A stretch of DNA of 64,000 nt from an uncultured delta proteobacterium (lineage in GTDB: Bacteria > Myxococcota_A > Polyangia > Polyangiales > Houyiibacteriaceae): positions 726,546 through 790,545 of the forward strand of contig CAVYJZ010000009.1 of assembly GCA_963768985.1 (NCBI GenBank), read 5' to 3'. Within the stretch, counting starts at the first letter, position 1. Every line of letters begins with the position of its first letter. This document shows positions 45,343-54,457 of this stretch, in pieces. A program made the translations under genes and the position numbers. The notes beneath the pieces were generated by a model that was not told the origin of the DNA, did not search any database, and worked only from the letters and a program-made list of their open reading frames with translations.

Positions 45343-46362
45343 CTACTGCACGACGATGTCCGCGCAGCAGCCGGTCAGGCAGAACGAGCCGGCTGGGCAC
45401 GGCGCATCGCCCGCGAGCCCGCACGCCTGCAGCGTCGGTGGGCAGCGCATGCCGCTGCCACCAGCGCCGCCGGTGCCACCCGTACCAGTCCCGCCCGTGC
45501 CACCGGTGCCACCGGTGCCAGGGAAGCAGTCTTCCGGAATCGTCGGCTTGCCGAGGCAAATTTCGCATCGCTCGCAGGTGTTCAAACAATTGCCGGCTGG
45601 TGTGCACGGTCGACACAGCCCTGGATCGGCCACGTCCGCCAACGTGCAGGTTCCTATGTTTCCGTTTTCGGATCCGAGAAAGACGTATCCAGGGCCGCCA
45701 TCCGGACCCATGCCTTCGAGCTCGGGGAACGTGCAGCAGCCAAAGCAATCACATCCGTTCGGAGTGAGCGGCGGGCAGGCTTGCTCGCATGCGAGCGGTT
45801 GGGACAGCGGGCAGTCCTTATCCGTGCCCCCTTCGCTCTCGGCCAAGCCGGGAACATATGGACATTGGTCCTTTGGCTCCAGGGGATCGCAGCTTCGGTT
45901 CCACTTGCAGTCACCGCCGCCCGAGCCGTTTCCAAAGTCAAAGTAGCAGTCCGCCCCACACTGATTGCCCGTTTCGCCGCCGACTCCAGCCAACAGCACG
46001 GGTCCTTCGGTGTTGTCGCACGGTCCAAGGCATTCGGGGTCGTCGTTGTCGATCAGGCCGTCCCCGTCGTTATCGATGCAGTCTCCACAGAGCGTCGTGC
46101 GCCCGGCGCACTGAATCAAGACGCAACCGCCGATGCCACCGCCGACGCCCCCGGCGCCGCTCGTGCCACCTGCGCCGTTGATGCCCCCGGCGCCGCTCGT
46201 GCCACCGTTGCCGCTAATGCCGCCGGTGCCACTCGTTCCGCTCGCGCCGCCGACGCCGCCCGGACCACCGCGGTTCTCACCGCTCGGATTGCCGCCGCAT
46301 GCACTGGCGGATACAAGAAGAAGAGTGGACAGTGAAAATGCAAAAATGTGCCTATACTGCAT
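45343..46362 (-). CDS. Cys-rich myxobacterial lipoprotein with Dx[DN]xDG Ca-binding motif
   Basis: Signal ...SASAC; Gly linker; CGDCIDNDGDGLIDNDDPECLGPC; more than 25 Cys. Confidence 0.8.
   Translation of the reverse strand: MQYRHIFAFSLSTLLLVSASACGGNPSGENRGGPGGVGGASGTSGTGGISGNGGTSGAGGINGAGGTSGAGGVGGGIGGCVLIQCAGRTTLCGDCIDNDGDGLIDNDDPECLGPCDNTEGPVLLAGVGGETGNQCGADCYFDFGNGSGGGDCKWNRSCDPLEPKDQCPYVPGLAESEGGTDKDCPLSQPLACEQACPPLTPNGCDCFGCCTFPELEGMGPDGGPGYVFLGSENGNIGTCTLADVADPGLCRPCTPAGNCLNTCERCEICLGKPTIPEDCFPGTGGTGGTGGTGTGGTGGAGGSGMRCPPTLQACGLAGDAPCPAGSFCLTGCCADIVVQ
46128..46270. repeat. degenerate coding tandem repeat (GGTSGAGG linker)
   Basis: GCCCCCGGCGCCGCTCGTGCCACC is repeated with about a 36-bp period. 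Confidence 0.7.
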
Positions 46363-46491
46363 AATCTCAAAATTAGCGGACGAAGTGGGGGCAAGCCAGG
46401 AATTTCGACAGTCCTCGCCAAAACTGCGGGTACGCCCCGATTTGGGGGACGGCCTTTCGGGTGGCATCCTGGCAAGGAACTGGGGGGACGA

Positions 46492-47880
46492 ATGAATCGC
46501 ATGATCCATGTTGCGGCGGTTTCGCTGCTTGTTGCGAGCGGCTGCTCGAGCAGCAGCAATGCCTGTGATCCGGTCGCGCAGACCGGGTGTGCAGAGGGCC
46601 TGGTTTGTGAAAACGTCGTCGGTGGCGAGCCTGGCTGTTTCGCGCCTGTGGTCGTTCGCGGCAACGTGTTCGACCTGGCCAACGAGACTGGCATACAAGG
46701 CGCAACCGTCGTGGCCTTGGATGCGAACCGCTCACCCGTCAGCACGGTCACGACCACGGGTTCGACGGGGGACTACGAGATCACCGTTGCGCGGCAGCGC
46801 GATGTGGACGGCAATCCCGTCGGCGGGGATGTCACGCTGCGCGCCGATGGGGCAGGCTTCCAAACCTTTCCGGGAGGCGTCAGGCAGGCCATTCCAATCG
46901 ATCTGTCCAGTCCCGTCGAGCAGGATGGTGTGCTCGTCGTACAGACGGCGGCCACCGATATCGGGCTTATCGAGCTTCCTCCGGGCTCCGGATCGAATGT
47001 GATCTTCGGAAACGTCGAGGTGCCGAATGACGTCAGTGGAGTCCTGGTCGTCGCGGAGACTCCGGGTCCAAGCCCAAAGGGATTCACCGCGATTGCGGAT
47101 CGAGAGGGCGTCTATCGGATCTTCAATTTGCCCGATGGCGCCTTCTCAGTGGTCGGCTATGCGCAGGGCCGGAACTACGGCACTGAATCAGCGTCTGTCA
47201 GCGGAGGCGAGGAAGTACGCGTCGATCTGGCTCTTGCGGGTGACGCTCCGGGAACGGTCACCGGCAGCGTGCAGATCGTGAACCCAGGCGCCGGTCAGGG
47301 AACCTCGTACATCTTGGTCGTCGAGTCGACGTTTGAAGCGGTCCTGGCTCGTGGCGAAGCGCCACCTGGCCTTCGCGCGCCGGAGGGATCGGGCCTCATC
47401 GACAGCGGAAGCTGGATGATCCAAGGCGTCCCTTCCGGCAGCTACAAAGTGCTCGGAGCGTTCGAAAACGATTTTCTCGTTCGCGACCCCGATTTCGGTC
47501 AGGGCAATACCGAGATCGTTCGCGTCGATGTTGGCGCTGGGCAGACCGTGGAAGCCCCTGGCTTCAAGATCACCGGCGCCCTCGACGTGCTATCCCCAGG
47601 CGCCGACGGCGCTGAAGAGGTCACGGGAACGCCCGTCTTCTCGTGGGTCGACGATAGCGGAGAAGACTACTATCAGATCGAGGTCTTCGACACGTTCGGA
47701 GAAATCATTTGGAGTGATCCGAACGTTCCGAAGTCGACCGGGAGCAATCCCGAAGTGACCTACGCAGGGCCGCCCCTGAGCTCGGGTATGTACTACCAGT
47801 TCCGGGTTACGTCGTTCGACGTCAACGATCGCCCGCTCTCGCGGACCGAAGACCTGAAGGGCGTCTTCTTTTTGCAGTAG
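46492..47880 (+). CDS. lipoprotein with carboxypeptidase-regulatory-like (transthyretin/Cna-B-type) domains
   Basis: Lipobox ASGC; Cys cluster; repeated G.V...G.Y.I..LP.G.Y motifs; FN3-like C-terminus YYQFRVTS. Confidence 0.75.
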   Translation: MNRMIHVAAVSLLVASGCSSSSNACDPVAQTGCAEGLVCENVVGGEPGCFAPVVVRGNVFDLANETGIQGATVVALDANRSPVSTVTTTGSTGDYEITVARQRDVDGNPVGGDVTLRADGAGFQTFPGGVRQAIPIDLSSPVEQDGVLVVQTAATDIGLIELPPGSGSNVIFGNVEVPNDVSGVLVVAETPGPSPKGFTAIADREGVYRIFNLPDGAFSVVGYAQGRNYGTESASVSGGEEVRVDLALAGDAPGTVTGSVQIVNPGAGQGTSYILVVESTFEAVLARGEAPPGLRAPEGSGLIDSGSWMIQGVPSGSYKVLGAFENDFLVRDPDFGQGNTEIVRVDVGAGQTVEAPGFKITGALDVLSPGADGAEEVTGTPVFSWVDDSGEDYYQIEVFDTFGEIIWSDPNVPKSTGSNPEVTYAGPPLSSGMYYQFRVTSFDVNDRPLSRTEDLKGVFFLQ

Positions 47881-47921
47881 GCGCGTCGAGCGCGGCCCGG
47901 ATTGGGCGCGAACGCGCGCGT
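47881..47921. terminator. possible GC-rich hairpin between convergent genes
   Basis: An imperfect stem (GCGCGT...GCCC-GGATT-GGGC...ACGCGC) follows the stop at 47880; there is no U-tract. Confidence 0.3.
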
Positions 47922-47929
47922 CTCGTCCG

Positions 47930-48259
47930 CTACTGGCAAGCCGACTGGATCGCGTTGGCGTGGTCCTGGCAGGCGAGCGCCTGCTGCTGGGTCACGGACT
48001 GCACATCGCAGGTACCGAGACAGGCAACCGTGTCCGAGATCGCTCTCAGGCAGTCGAGGCCGACGGCGTCTACTTGCGACTCGCAGCTCGGCACGCAATC
48101 CGACCCTTGAACCGGAACACCCAGCTGGACGAAGCACTCGTCCGGCCAGCCGCAGATTTCATCACAAACTTGCGCCGCGGTCCGAGCCTCACCGGCATTC
48201 GCATCACCACAGCTGCTGAGCAGCAGCAATCCAAGCCCCCAAAATCCCCATGCTCTCAT
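47930..48259 (-). CDS. small Cys-rich lipoprotein
   Basis: GAGGGGG RBS; lipobox LSSC; ten further Cys including CX3C pairs. Confidence 0.75.
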   Translation of the reverse strand: MRAWGFWGLGLLLLSSCGDANAGEARTAAQVCDEICGWPDECFVQLGVPVQGSDCVPSCESQVDAVGLDCLRAISDTVACLGTCDVQSVTQQQALACQDHANAIQSACQ

Positions 48260-48287
48260 TGTAACCCCCCTCTCGATCGTGACAGTG

Positions 48288-48303
48288 TGTGAGATCGATG
48301 ACA
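48288..48303. promoter_or_regulatory. possible CRP/FNR-type site (one mismatch)
   Basis: TGTGA-GATCGA-TGACA between divergent genes; shares TGTGAGAT with the site at 29975. Confidence 0.35.
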
Positions 48304-48404
48304 TCGTGAACCGATTTTCAGCACCCGGTTTCCATTCTGTGCGTGCAAAAACGGGCATTTTCAGAGAGCATCGATCTTCCCTCTCGTACCAAGGAGAAGC
48401 TCTC

Positions 48405-48848
48405 ATTCTCAGGTCGACAAAAGCCTCGGTTGTGTTGTTCGCAGGGTTCATCCTTCTGTGCCCCCGCATCGCGACGGCGGAGGCATCGGGCGTCGTCGAC
48501 ACAGCCGAAAACCGAATCATCGGCTATTGGCAGCGGGGCGCTGGCGAAGCGATCATCGAGGTGAGGCGGCACGCAGACGGTTATCACGGGGTCATCGTGA
48601 TGAGCGAGCGCAGGCCCGAGACGGTGGGCATCGTGGTGTTCCGTGAGCTCCGCTACGATGCCGAGACGGGCTCCTGGCATGGGCGCGCGTATTCGATCAA
48701 ACGCAACCGCGAGGTGCCGATCGACATCCTGGTTCCCAAGCTCGACGAGCTCGAGCTGACCGCGCACATTCTGGTCTTCAAGAAGCGCGTGGACTTCAGA
48801 CGGATACCCGACACGGAGGCCACCGGGATCCAGTTGGCGGACCGCTAG
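48405..48848 (+). CDS. DUF2147 family secreted protein, probably ATT-initiated
   Basis: DUF2147 pattern IIGYW, AIIEV, YHGVIV, W.GR.Y, L.L.AHILVFKK. AAGGAG lies 8 nt before an in-frame ATT at 48405; the alternative start is GTG 48432. Confidence 0.75.
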   Translation: MLRSTKASVVLFAGFILLCPRIATAEASGVVDTAENRIIGYWQRGAGEAIIEVRRHADGYHGVIVMSERRPETVGIVVFRELRYDAETGSWHGRAYSIKRNREVPIDILVPKLDELELTAHILVFKKRVDFRRIPDTEATGIQLADR

Positions 48849-49088
48849 CCGGGTGCGGCCACCCAAACCCGGGTGATCCGCCCCTTCCTCAGCTCCTCAA
48901 ATACATGTTGGAATCTTTGCTCCAAGGAGTACGAACGGGTTCACGTGGGGTGACTATGAAGCGCAGCGTTCACCTGCGCCGAGCTCAACACGGTCTATGG
49001 GGACGCGAATGCACCCGCGGGGGTCGGCATCTAGATCGATTGCACCATCTGGACTGGCGCCGCGGCGTGCCAGTGAATCGAGGAACGC

Positions 49089-49643
49089 TCACTTCGCTAC
49101 GGTGAGCGGCTGCGTGAGCGAGAATTCCAGGATCGAGCCCTTGGGCACCGTCACTGCGCGCCTGCCAGTGAGCAGGACCCCGCTCGACTTTTCCGAGAAG
49201 CTGCCGGTTACGACCGGATACAGAGTTCCGTCGACGTTCACCTGCGTGAGACTCAGAACGAGGGCGGATGAGCTCACGACGATGCCGCGCCCGACCGATT
49301 GCGACTTCTCGACTTGTCCGTAGACCTGCAATCCGGCCTTCGCGACCACAACGTCTCCCGCGACCAGATTCGCCTGCAGAGTGGCGCTGAACTTGCGACC
49401 GGCCTTGTCGTTCGACGAAATCTCCTCGCCGGTCCTCACCATCATGACCGTCCCGGCGGGAACGGTGATCGCCTTCTTTTCCTTGGGCTTATCTGTGTCG
49501 GGCTTCTCGTCCTTGGACGGCGAAGCCTGATCGGGAGCGCTCGGCTCCGCGCGGCTCGAAGACGAGACCGCAAGCAGGGAGACGACTCCGAAGAGTGCTC
49601 CGAGGACCGCCGTGTGATGCAAACTCGTGCGTGAAAAAAGCAT
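49089..49643 (-). CDS. secreted protein of unknown function (TrbI/VirB10-like beta domain)
   Basis: AGGAGG RBS; signal peptide; motifs ITVPAGT...ISS...G.KFSA.L...VV..AG..V.G.V and V.VPKGS.LEF.L.QPL. Confidence 0.7.
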   Translation of the reverse strand: MLFSRTSLHHTAVLGALFGVVSLLAVSSSSRAEPSAPDQASPSKDEKPDTDKPKEKKAITVPAGTVMMVRTGEEISSNDKAGRKFSATLQANLVAGDVVVAKAGLQVYGQVEKSQSVGRGIVVSSSALVLSLTQVNVDGTLYPVVTGSFSEKSSGVLLTGRRAVTVPKGSILEFSLTQPLTVAK

Positions 49644-49941
49644 TGTTTCCCTCCTATGGAGTGTTGGTAGGTTGGCGAACAGGGCGGCTGTAGGCAACGC
49701 CCCGTGCCTTCATCGGCTCAACTACCACGGCAGCAAGACTCGTCCAGCAAACTTCCCGCATCCCCCACGAAAGCATTTGGCAAGCCCGTAGGGACCGGAC
49801 CGAACCTGTCGCACTCGTGGTGCAGCCGCCGTCGTTGGCATCAAACGTAGCCTGGATCGTATGGAGTTTTGACCTAGGCTTCATCATGGTTCGCTCATTA
49901 GTCGGCAGATTTCACCAAGCAGCGCGAGGCTTCGGGCTTTC

Positions 49942-51222
49942 ATGAGTCAAGACATCGACCAAGCCCCTGCTCCGGCAGCCGAAGCAGGACAAAGCGCAAC
50001 GCGTCGGCCACGCCGGCACCGAGGCATGTCCCTAGGGCGAATCTTCGGAATTCAAATCCAGCTGGACCCAAGCGTGCTCATCGTGTTCGCTCTGGTCGTC
50101 TACAGCTTGGGAGCTGGGCTGTTTCCCAGATGGCATCCGAGCTGGGACGCCGCACTGACCTGGAGCACTGCACTTGCCGCGGGCTTCTTATTCTTTGCTT
50201 CGCTGCTGGCACATGAGCTGTCGCACTCCGTCGTGGCCAAGCTCCGTGGCATCGCTGTGCCGCGAATCACTCTGTTCGTCTTCGGAGGTGTATCCGAGCT
50301 CGAACGGGAGCCCGACACGCCTGCCACGGAGTTTCTGATCGCCATCGTCGGGCCGGCCATGAGCGCCGTGCTCGGCGCCACCTTTACCTGGATTGGAGCG
50401 GCGATCTCGGGGCTGGGTTTTGCAGACCAGGTCTTCCAAGATCCGGGAGAGGCAATGGCGAGCTTGGGGCCGGCCGCCACGCTGTTTCTCTGGTTGGGGC
50501 CGATCAACTTGATGTTGGCCTTCTTCAATCTGGTTCCAGGCTTTCCCCTCGATGGTGGGCGGGTGCTGCGTGCCATCCTCTGGCGCATTTCCGGTAATCT
50601 GCGCAGCGCGACATTGTGGGCTTCGAACATGGGTCGAGTCTTTGCGTGGACGCTGATGGGGGTTGGCGTGCTGCAAGCGCTCGGAGGCGCGTTCATGCAA
50701 GGTGTATGGTTGCTCCTGATCGGCTGGTTCCTCAACAACGCGGCCAGCCAAAGTTATACCCAACTACTCGTGCAGCAGGCGTTGGACGAGCTCGTCGTCG
50801 GCAACCTGATGCGAACGCACTTCGAGGTCGTTCACCCGGACTTGAGCATCGAGGCGTTCATCCGCGATCTGTTGCTTCGCAGTGCCCAATCCGCTTGGCC
50901 TGTGGTCGAAGAAGGCAAAGCCGTCGGCCTGATCAGCTTCGACGACGCCCGTGCCAGCGCAGAGGAAGAGCGAGCACGGCGAACCGTCCGCGACCTCATG
51001 CGGCCGATCGACGATCGTGTTCGTCCGGACCTCGGCGGACGCGATGCGCTCCGTATCTTGGCCGAGTCGGACACAGACCCGCTGCCAGTGATGCAGGGCG
51101 AGCATATCGTTGGCTTGCTACATGGAAGCGACATCGCCCGCTGGCTGGCGCTTCATCATTTAGACGGTCCTTCTTCACGATCGACCAGAGGTGCTCGGAG
51201 CGATATTCGTCGAAACAATTGA
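49942..51222 (+). CDS. site-2 protease (M50) with tandem CBS domains
   Basis: HELSH zinc motif; FNLVPGFPLDGGR; C-terminal CBS pair. Confidence 0.93.
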   Translation: MSQDIDQAPAPAAEAGQSATRRPRRHRGMSLGRIFGIQIQLDPSVLIVFALVVYSLGAGLFPRWHPSWDAALTWSTALAAGFLFFASLLAHELSHSVVAKLRGIAVPRITLFVFGGVSELEREPDTPATEFLIAIVGPAMSAVLGATFTWIGAAISGLGFADQVFQDPGEAMASLGPAATLFLWLGPINLMLAFFNLVPGFPLDGGRVLRAILWRISGNLRSATLWASNMGRVFAWTLMGVGVLQALGGAFMQGVWLLLIGWFLNNAASQSYTQLLVQQALDELVVGNLMRTHFEVVHPDLSIEAFIRDLLLRSAQSAWPVVEEGKAVGLISFDDARASAEEERARRTVRDLMRPIDDRVRPDLGGRDALRILAESDTDPLPVMQGEHIVGLLHGSDIARWLALHHLDGPSSRSTRGARSDIRRNN

Positions 51223-51249
51223 TTCGCTCGGGTTGCATCTCCTGGAGAG

Positions 51250-52539
51250 TCAGGAGCCGGCGAAATGTTGTGTCATCCATGCGGCGTACAGCAAGTTGAG
51301 CGCGCCGAGAACCAGTAGACCGAGGACGGCGTGACGGGCCTGGCGCCAATTGCTGACGAGGACCGCATACAGGGCTTTGAGAAAGTTGTTGCTACCGGCG
51401 GCGATGACGATGGCAATGGCGAGTTGGTTCAGGCTTGCCGTCGGAAAATGTCCCTCGAGCAGGGAGAGCACGAACGGGTCGATGTCGGTGAAGCCGACGA
51501 TGAACGACAAGACCTGCAAGCCCGTGTTTCCGAAATAGTGCAACGCGGCTTGGGAAAGAAACAGCATGGCGACGAAGATTGCGGCAAAGAGAAAAGCCGT
51601 TCCGAGCTCCAACGGGTTGTGACCGACGGTCTCGGCTTTGGCGGGGTTGGCGGTTTCTTTCTTGCGCACGTGCAAGACGCAATAGCCGATGGTGCCGAGG
51701 CCTAGGAGCAGGAACGGAGGCAGGGCAGGCCGCAGAAAATCTGGGTTGAGAATCGCGATCAGCACCAGCAGTCGCAGGTACATGGTGCCCGAGGCCGCTA
51801 GAATGGCGACATTGAGACCAGCGGCAGCTGTAGGCTGTTCACGGATTTTGTGCCCTAGGACGACTGTCGTGGCCGTGCTCGAATACAATCCGCCGAGCAG
51901 GCCTGTCAGCAAATAGCCCTGATGCGGAAAGACATACCGTTGAAGGACGTAGCCAAGATAGGAGATCGCCGAAATAGCGACGACGGCTACCCAGATCCAG
52001 AAGGGCGTGCTCGGCAAGAAGGGAATGAGCGCCTCGTCGGGCATGAGCGGCAGGATGACCGCCGCCAACAACAGGAACTTGGCCAGCGTCATTAGCTCGC
52101 GCCGGTCGATGGTCTCGGTCAGCCGGTGAGTGAGTGGTCGGGCATTGAGAACGAAGACGATACCCACGAACTCCAGCACCAGAAACCACGCGGGCAATAC
52201 CTGGATGACCGGTCCGAAAGTGTAGACCAAGATTCCGATGAGTATGCCAAGGATGCCGGTCTGCCCTTGCGCGAGCTTGCGATGGTAGAAAATCCCCGTC
52301 CAAACGATGAGGGCGACCATGCCTCCGAGGTAGAGGCGAAATGTCGGATCGAGAACGGCGAAGACGAAGCCAAGTAGTCCAATGTACGTATAGGTTCGGG
52401 CTGTACCAAAGGAGAGCGGCCGGGTCTTGCTCGAGAGATATTCTCGGAACTCGAGACCGCTTAGAAACGCGAAGACCCCTACCAGCAAGAAGCGCAGCCA
52501 CAACTGGCTGAGCAGACTTTCTAGTAGCCCCACATTCAT
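51250..52539 (-). CDS. MgtC/SapB + DUF4010 membrane protein
   Basis: Motifs GLEFRE, GTARTY, LPLMPD, ISYLGY, GGLYSSTATT, NPLEL..A..F and GFTDIDPF. Confidence 0.88.
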   Translation of the reverse strand: MNVGLLESLLSQLWLRFLLVGVFAFLSGLEFREYLSSKTRPLSFGTARTYTYIGLLGFVFAVLDPTFRLYLGGMVALIVWTGIFYHRKLAQGQTGILGILIGILVYTFGPVIQVLPAWFLVLEFVGIVFVLNARPLTHRLTETIDRRELMTLAKFLLLAAVILPLMPDEALIPFLPSTPFWIWVAVVAISAISYLGYVLQRYVFPHQGYLLTGLLGGLYSSTATTVVLGHKIREQPTAAAGLNVAILAASGTMYLRLLVLIAILNPDFLRPALPPFLLLGLGTIGYCVLHVRKKETANPAKAETVGHNPLELGTAFLFAAIFVAMLFLSQAALHYFGNTGLQVLSFIVGFTDIDPFVLSLLEGHFPTASLNQLAIAIVIAAGSNNFLKALYAVLVSNWRQARHAVLGLLVLGALNLLYAAWMTQHFAGS

Positions 52540-53387
52540 GACTCCTTCTTTCCCTCCAGTGCGGGGAGATAGGTCCGGCGGATTGCATCCAGATCCACTC
52601 GCGGTGCCGGAAACTGCATATTCAGAGCTTCGAGGCGTTCCACCACGATCCGCGACACAGCCAGGTTGCGGAACCATTTGTGGTTGGCTGGAATCACGAA
52701 CCAGGGCGCGTTCTCGGTGCTGCAGCGCTGCAAAGCCTCTTCATACGCCGTTTGGTAGGACGACCAGTACTGCCGCTCGGCAAAGTCGGATTCAGATATC
52801 TTCCACTGCCGGTGCGGGTCCTCCACACGTCGACGGAGACGTTGCAATTGTTCTTCCGGACTGATGTGCAAAAAGAACTTGATGATATGAGTTCCACTCT
52901 GATGCAGGAGGCGTTCGAACTCATGAATGCGATCGTAGCGGCTACGCCAGACCGATTCCGGTACCAATTCGTGCACGCGCGCAATCACGACATCTTCGTA
53001 GTGGGAACGGTTGAAGATGGCTACTTGTCCGCGGGCTGGTGCGGCCCGATGTGCGCGCCACAAAAAGTCATGGGCGGCCTCCTCGGGAGTCGGTACCCGG
53101 AAGGGAATGACGCGGCACCCCTGCGGATTCATGTAGCCGAGGACATGGCGAATCGTGCCGTCCTTGCCCGCAGTGTCCATGCCCTGCAGAACGAACAACA
53201 GGCTGCGTCGGTCCTCGGCATACAGCAGGTGCTGTAGCTCGCGCATTCGTTCGGCATAGTTTTGGATCTCCTCCAATGCTTCCGCCTTGCCGGTATGAAG
53301 ATCGGTTCCATTCGGATCGATTTCATCCAATCGAAGCTTCTGCCCCGGCACGACGCGGAAGCGATCCGAATAGGGTTCCTTTTCCAT
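52536..53387 (-). CDS. ppk2: polyphosphate kinase 2 family (class III-like)
   Basis: Walker A QGMDTAGKDG; motifs HDFLWR, FNRSHYEDV, KFFLHIS, WK.S.SD and PW.VIPANHKW. Confidence 0.93.
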   Translation of the reverse strand: MEKEPYSDRFRVVPGQKLRLDEIDPNGTDLHTGKAEALEEIQNYAERMRELQHLLYAEDRRSLLFVLQGMDTAGKDGTIRHVLGYMNPQGCRVIPFRVPTPEEAAHDFLWRAHRAAPARGQVAIFNRSHYEDVVIARVHELVPESVWRSRYDRIHEFERLLHQSGTHIIKFFLHISPEEQLQRLRRRVEDPHRQWKISESDFAERQYWSSYQTAYEEALQRCSTENAPWFVIPANHKWFRNLAVSRIVVERLEALNMQFPAPRVDLDAIRRTYLPALEGKKES

Positions 53388-53576
53388 GGAGCCGAGCTTA
53401 GCAAAAAGATCCGGCCGCCGAGCCCTCCGTGCCCACGAGAGCGTATCGACGGTCCCATCCAGATGGTGATCGCCAACGCTCGGAAGCCGTTCCAAAGCAG
53501 AATAAACGCCGCAGCAGCGCTGTTATCACAAGCGAAGATTCCTCACGGACAAGGTTCCCCGAAAAAGGAGCATCTC

Positions 53577-54257
53577 ATGACTGAGCAAGAAGCACAGGCT
53601 GCCCTTCCCGAAGTGGATTCGTCTTCATCTCCGGCCAGCCCGACCAACCCGGCCGGCCCGATTCACCGCGCATGGCGGGCAGCCCTGCTGATGATCGTCG
53701 GCCTGCTCGTCGTCACGGTGGGCGTCGAGGCATGGTTCCTGCGCGATCTGCGACAAGAGACCGCGGCGCTGAAGGAGCAATTGTCTGACGCAGTCCCGGC
53801 TACGGATTGGAGCCAAGGCAATTCACTCGGCACGGCCCGCCCCCAAACATTGAATCCCTTCGCAGAAATGCAGCGAATGCGTGACGAGATGAATCGAGCT
53901 TTTGGTGGTTCGATGAATTCGATGAACCTGCACCCCTCGATCGGCTCAGCAACTTCGGGGCCGAGCATCGACCTACGCGAAGAACCGGACCGCTTCATCG
54001 TGCAGGCCGACGTCCCGGGCGCGTCTGCGGGTAACGTCAAAGTCTATTTGGACCGCCAACAACTGACCATCGAGGCCACCCGCGAGTCGCAGACCGAGCA
54101 AAAGGCTCAGAACGGTCGTGTGCTCCGTGAAGAACGAGAAGCCGGTATGTTCTCGAGGACGCTGACGCTCCCTGAGCCGGTATCGCCGTCAGGCATGAAA
54201 ACCGACGTGCAGGACGGCGTTCTCACGATCACAATCCCAAAGCTCGCGCACGGCTAA
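53577..54257 (+). CDS. Hsp20/alpha-crystallin protein with N-terminal TM anchor
   Basis: AAGGAG RBS; TM helix AALLMIVGLLVVTVGV; motifs NPFAEMQRMR, ADVPG, ER..G.FSR.L.LP and DGVLTITIPK. Confidence 0.85.
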   Translation: MTEQEAQAALPEVDSSSSPASPTNPAGPIHRAWRAALLMIVGLLVVTVGVEAWFLRDLRQETAALKEQLSDAVPATDWSQGNSLGTARPQTLNPFAEMQRMRDEMNRAFGGSMNSMNLHPSIGSATSGPSIDLREEPDRFIVQADVPGASAGNVKVYLDRQQLTIEATRESQTEQKAQNGRVLREEREAGMFSRTLTLPEPVSPSGMKTDVQDGVLTITIPKLAHG

Positions 54258-54457
54258 CGCGCGCACACCGTCACGGTGGACGTGGCGAAGGAAGCTACTG
54301 ATCCCGTCTCGCTCGACGGATGTTTCGCGGCTGTCGAGGATGGCGTGATGGAGGGGCATCGAACGCTCGGCAAGATCATCCGGTCGATTGTTCCCGGAAC
54401 CACTCGATTTTGAGTTTGGTTTTGACTTTGCACCGGTTTTGTCTCTAGCCTGCGCAC

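Noticed and set aside
44193-46270. Tandem GC-rich repeats considered as a CRISPR array or non-coding repeat
   Set aside because: The periods are multiples of 3, there are no unique spacers and no cas genes; they encode Gly-rich linkers.
48905-49105. Small ORF MKRSVHLRR... between the DUF2147 gene and the secreted protein gene
   Set aside because: It has no motif, a weak RBS, and overlaps the convergent gene end; it is probably non-coding.
54276-54413. 45-codon GTG ORF ending VMEGHRTLGKII..., faintly like the C-terminus of a quinone oxidoreductase
   Set aside because: It is too short, has no RBS, and the similarity is too weak to call a gene or pseudogene without a search.
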